A DNA stretch of 60,274 nt, counting the filler, from Stramenopiles sp. TOSAG23-2 (Eukaryota): assembly GCA_900128395.1 (NCBI GenBank). It is 6 parts of 6 records of this genome, joined end to end, with 100 filler letters (N's around TTAATTAATTAA, not from the genome) between each part and the next. Parts side by side here need not be neighbours in the genome. Positions count along the whole stretch, not along the records: positions 50,326 to 60,274 come from LT650058.1; 5 more parts are not named here. One strand, given 5' to 3'. Of this stretch, positions 59,501 through 60,274 are shown piece after piece. The notes under the pieces were generated by a model that worked only from the letters and a program-made list of their open reading frames with translations, was not told where the DNA came from and ran no database searches. Position 1 is the stretch's first letter; every line of letters begins with the position of its first letter. A program made the translations under genes and the position numbers.

Positions 59501-59843
59501 TAGTTTTCAATATTTTGTTTTTCAATACTCGTCGAGCTAATTGCACTCTATAAAATTTTTGAATACGAACAGCAGCCTTAACCTTCCGCTTTCGCTCATT
59601 CATTACACCCACCAGTGCGGCCTGGAAATTACTGGCTCTTACTGAAACTGAAAGACTATGAAATGGCAATGAATTAACTTTTCCCTCGTTTTTTTCTTCC
59701 TGAGGTAGCTCTGAATTTGGCTCTAATGGTGGTTTCCATTCAGTTGGTGGTGAATCCTCTTTCATAACCACATACGGATTCAACTGTTTATGAATTGAAT
59801 CCACGTCAATTAATTCATTTTCTTTTAAAATTACTCTTAGCAT
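56577..59843 (-). CDS. IQ-motif protein with three tandem CbbX/SpoVK-type AAA+ modules (first degenerate)
   Basis: IQKFYR and CQRWYRG; module 1 GSLGTGKR; module 2 GNPGTGKTT..GGTVFLDEAYSL..LAGY..NSGFERRF; module 3 GSPGTGKTT..YVGQT..LFLDEAY..DPGLRRRF. Confidence 0.9.
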   Translation of the reverse strand: MLRVILKENELIDVDSIHKQLNPYVVMKEDSPPTEWKPPLEPNSELPQEEKNEGKVNSLPFHSLSVSVRASNFQAALVGVMNERKRKVKAAVRIQKFYRVQLARRVLKNKILKTKLAILCQRWYRGIVVRKISLGERKQKLQQEWQNKRKEELKKHDLENLAIATNFVEARLQYLRVQGCGEVADKIDAAELSKLFKEIEFNLVGLEPVKKFIYRFFIQFLRFTLKGDILKPRVFMITGSLGTGKRKSSELLARFFCAIKMIDDDEVYKRHAKNFDDNIANGCLNYVMLDKDEKFSKRERNDFDAAMRYKIKKKTIVVIESRDRGKAHMFASASDTLRKREPIYIHLDNYTSRELAQIVSQELETVGCFSSEITLETIERAITAKWTPMELASRGIYIAKDAVEYIKDSQVTETCKLRGLKSHVVPSQTKSSMKKLSSDKLACGRRMFQKSHILEAFDLDAADMEKNEKNKNSSKNSTAKQDSERESQRRLKRAKARAEVDKEIENLVGMANVKAIFEEFRGKVVYVEKGGKQEIMNINMNMVFTGNPGTGKTTLARLMHKFLFAYNILKKDVFIEKSALELKAEYCGQTTPLVQATINSGMGGTVFLDEAYSLNKGDSFSREAIATLLTSLENNRTSVLCILAGYRDKMSAMMRDNSGFERRFQTSIHLPDYSPADLVEIAVRYARRKFDMEVEPDVIPLLEEAIKSRNKMQIKEKNGGLAIEYVEKAMSRFANRMARLARHSESLEFEDQSILTASDFDVTDLFYGKAAAEAKKKLDKEKTIAEEKKNAEDEVELEKWRKRNKIKMDALLELQSMVGFEIPKKYVDDLTSKINLVEKGLLSKKVLNTCMHLILTGSPGTGKTTLARLLHKILYGVGILRKNVFIERNATQLKGQYVGQTTPKVLDAFASAEGGTLFLDEAYALSATNKCGKRDSFANDALATLLTEAENRRTDVFVVLAGYADKMQVLLDADPGLRRRFPTFLNLPNYTAPELAKMASIVAIERFDIKLVDGCEKKLCKYIRKSTNDMKRYNASLPIMLVERAITNMAVRVQKSLGNIEEERKTKVELKLKYEDFMESNSENSYHP

Positions 59844-60274
59844 ATTTTTTATTTGTTTGTATATTTTTAGAAGTTTTATTCAATAGACCTTGTAAATCTC
59901 GCAAATTCTTCTAATAGTATTCAAATAATATAAAATAAACAATTGAATTATTTTATATATATATCTATAATATATATTGTTATATTTTCTTTTGTTTTTT
60001 CTTTCTATTTTCATGTTATATTGTGTTATAGTATATATAGTTTATAAATAAATATATACTATGTGGTGTATACCATTATATATTGTTGTTGTTGGTCATT
60101 TTATTTTACATGGTATTTCCATATTAGCGTGGATATTATTTCGATTATCGAGGGTTGAATTAGAATGTTGGTCTAGAAATCGATTTCCATAATTAAGTAT
60201 AAGTATAGAAATAATATATACTAATAAAGTTATACCCCCTATATGGAAAATTCTTGTGGTCTTGTGTCTTGTGT

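Noticed and set aside
56577-59843. Rubisco activase CbbX implying photosynthesis
   Set aside because: Tandem modules with IQ motifs and no plastid-targeting presequence; only family-level similarity.
1-60274. A functional gene cluster spanning the window (e.g. lipid, steroid and transport genes)
   Set aside because: The genes lie on six unrelated concatenated contigs, so co-occurrence is an artefact of size sorting.

Overview
AT-rich eukaryotic genomic DNA, nearly intron-free, standard genetic code, with many poly-Asn/Gln/Lys tracts; probably a heterotrophic protist such as a stramenopile (inference). The window is not contiguous. Five identical 100-nt spacers (44 N + TTAATTAATTAA + 44 N) join six unrelated contigs of descending length (9981, 9967, 9966, 9961, 9950, 9949 nt), so neighbourhoods across spacers mean nothing. 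About 24 genes or gene fragments are present. They include a phospholipase B-like protein, a 4xC2 protein, a DHHC palmitoyltransferase, a DENN protein, a steroid 5-alpha-reductase, a three-exon ABCB/MDR transporter, a P1B-2 Zn/Cd ATPase, an FNR-family oxidoreductase, a tandem CbbX-type AAA+ ATPase and several secreted or coiled-coil proteins. Non-coding features are four MITE-like inverted-repeat families, one dispersed repeat family found only between convergent genes, and many 65-270 bp tandem duplications (probably assembly or haplotype artefacts). Best leads: (1) a head-to-head pair of paralogous secreted coiled-coil proproteins organised like ciliate extrusome matrix proteins; (2) an NC2alpha/DRAP1-type histone fold split by two PDZ-like domains; (3) a miniature VPS13B-like protein; (4) a possible gustatory-receptor-like 7TM channel; (5) a split of intergenic motifs, with CAG/CTG clusters upstream of genes and TACGA/TCGTA clusters downstream. 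All family calls come from motif recognition by eye; no searches were run.
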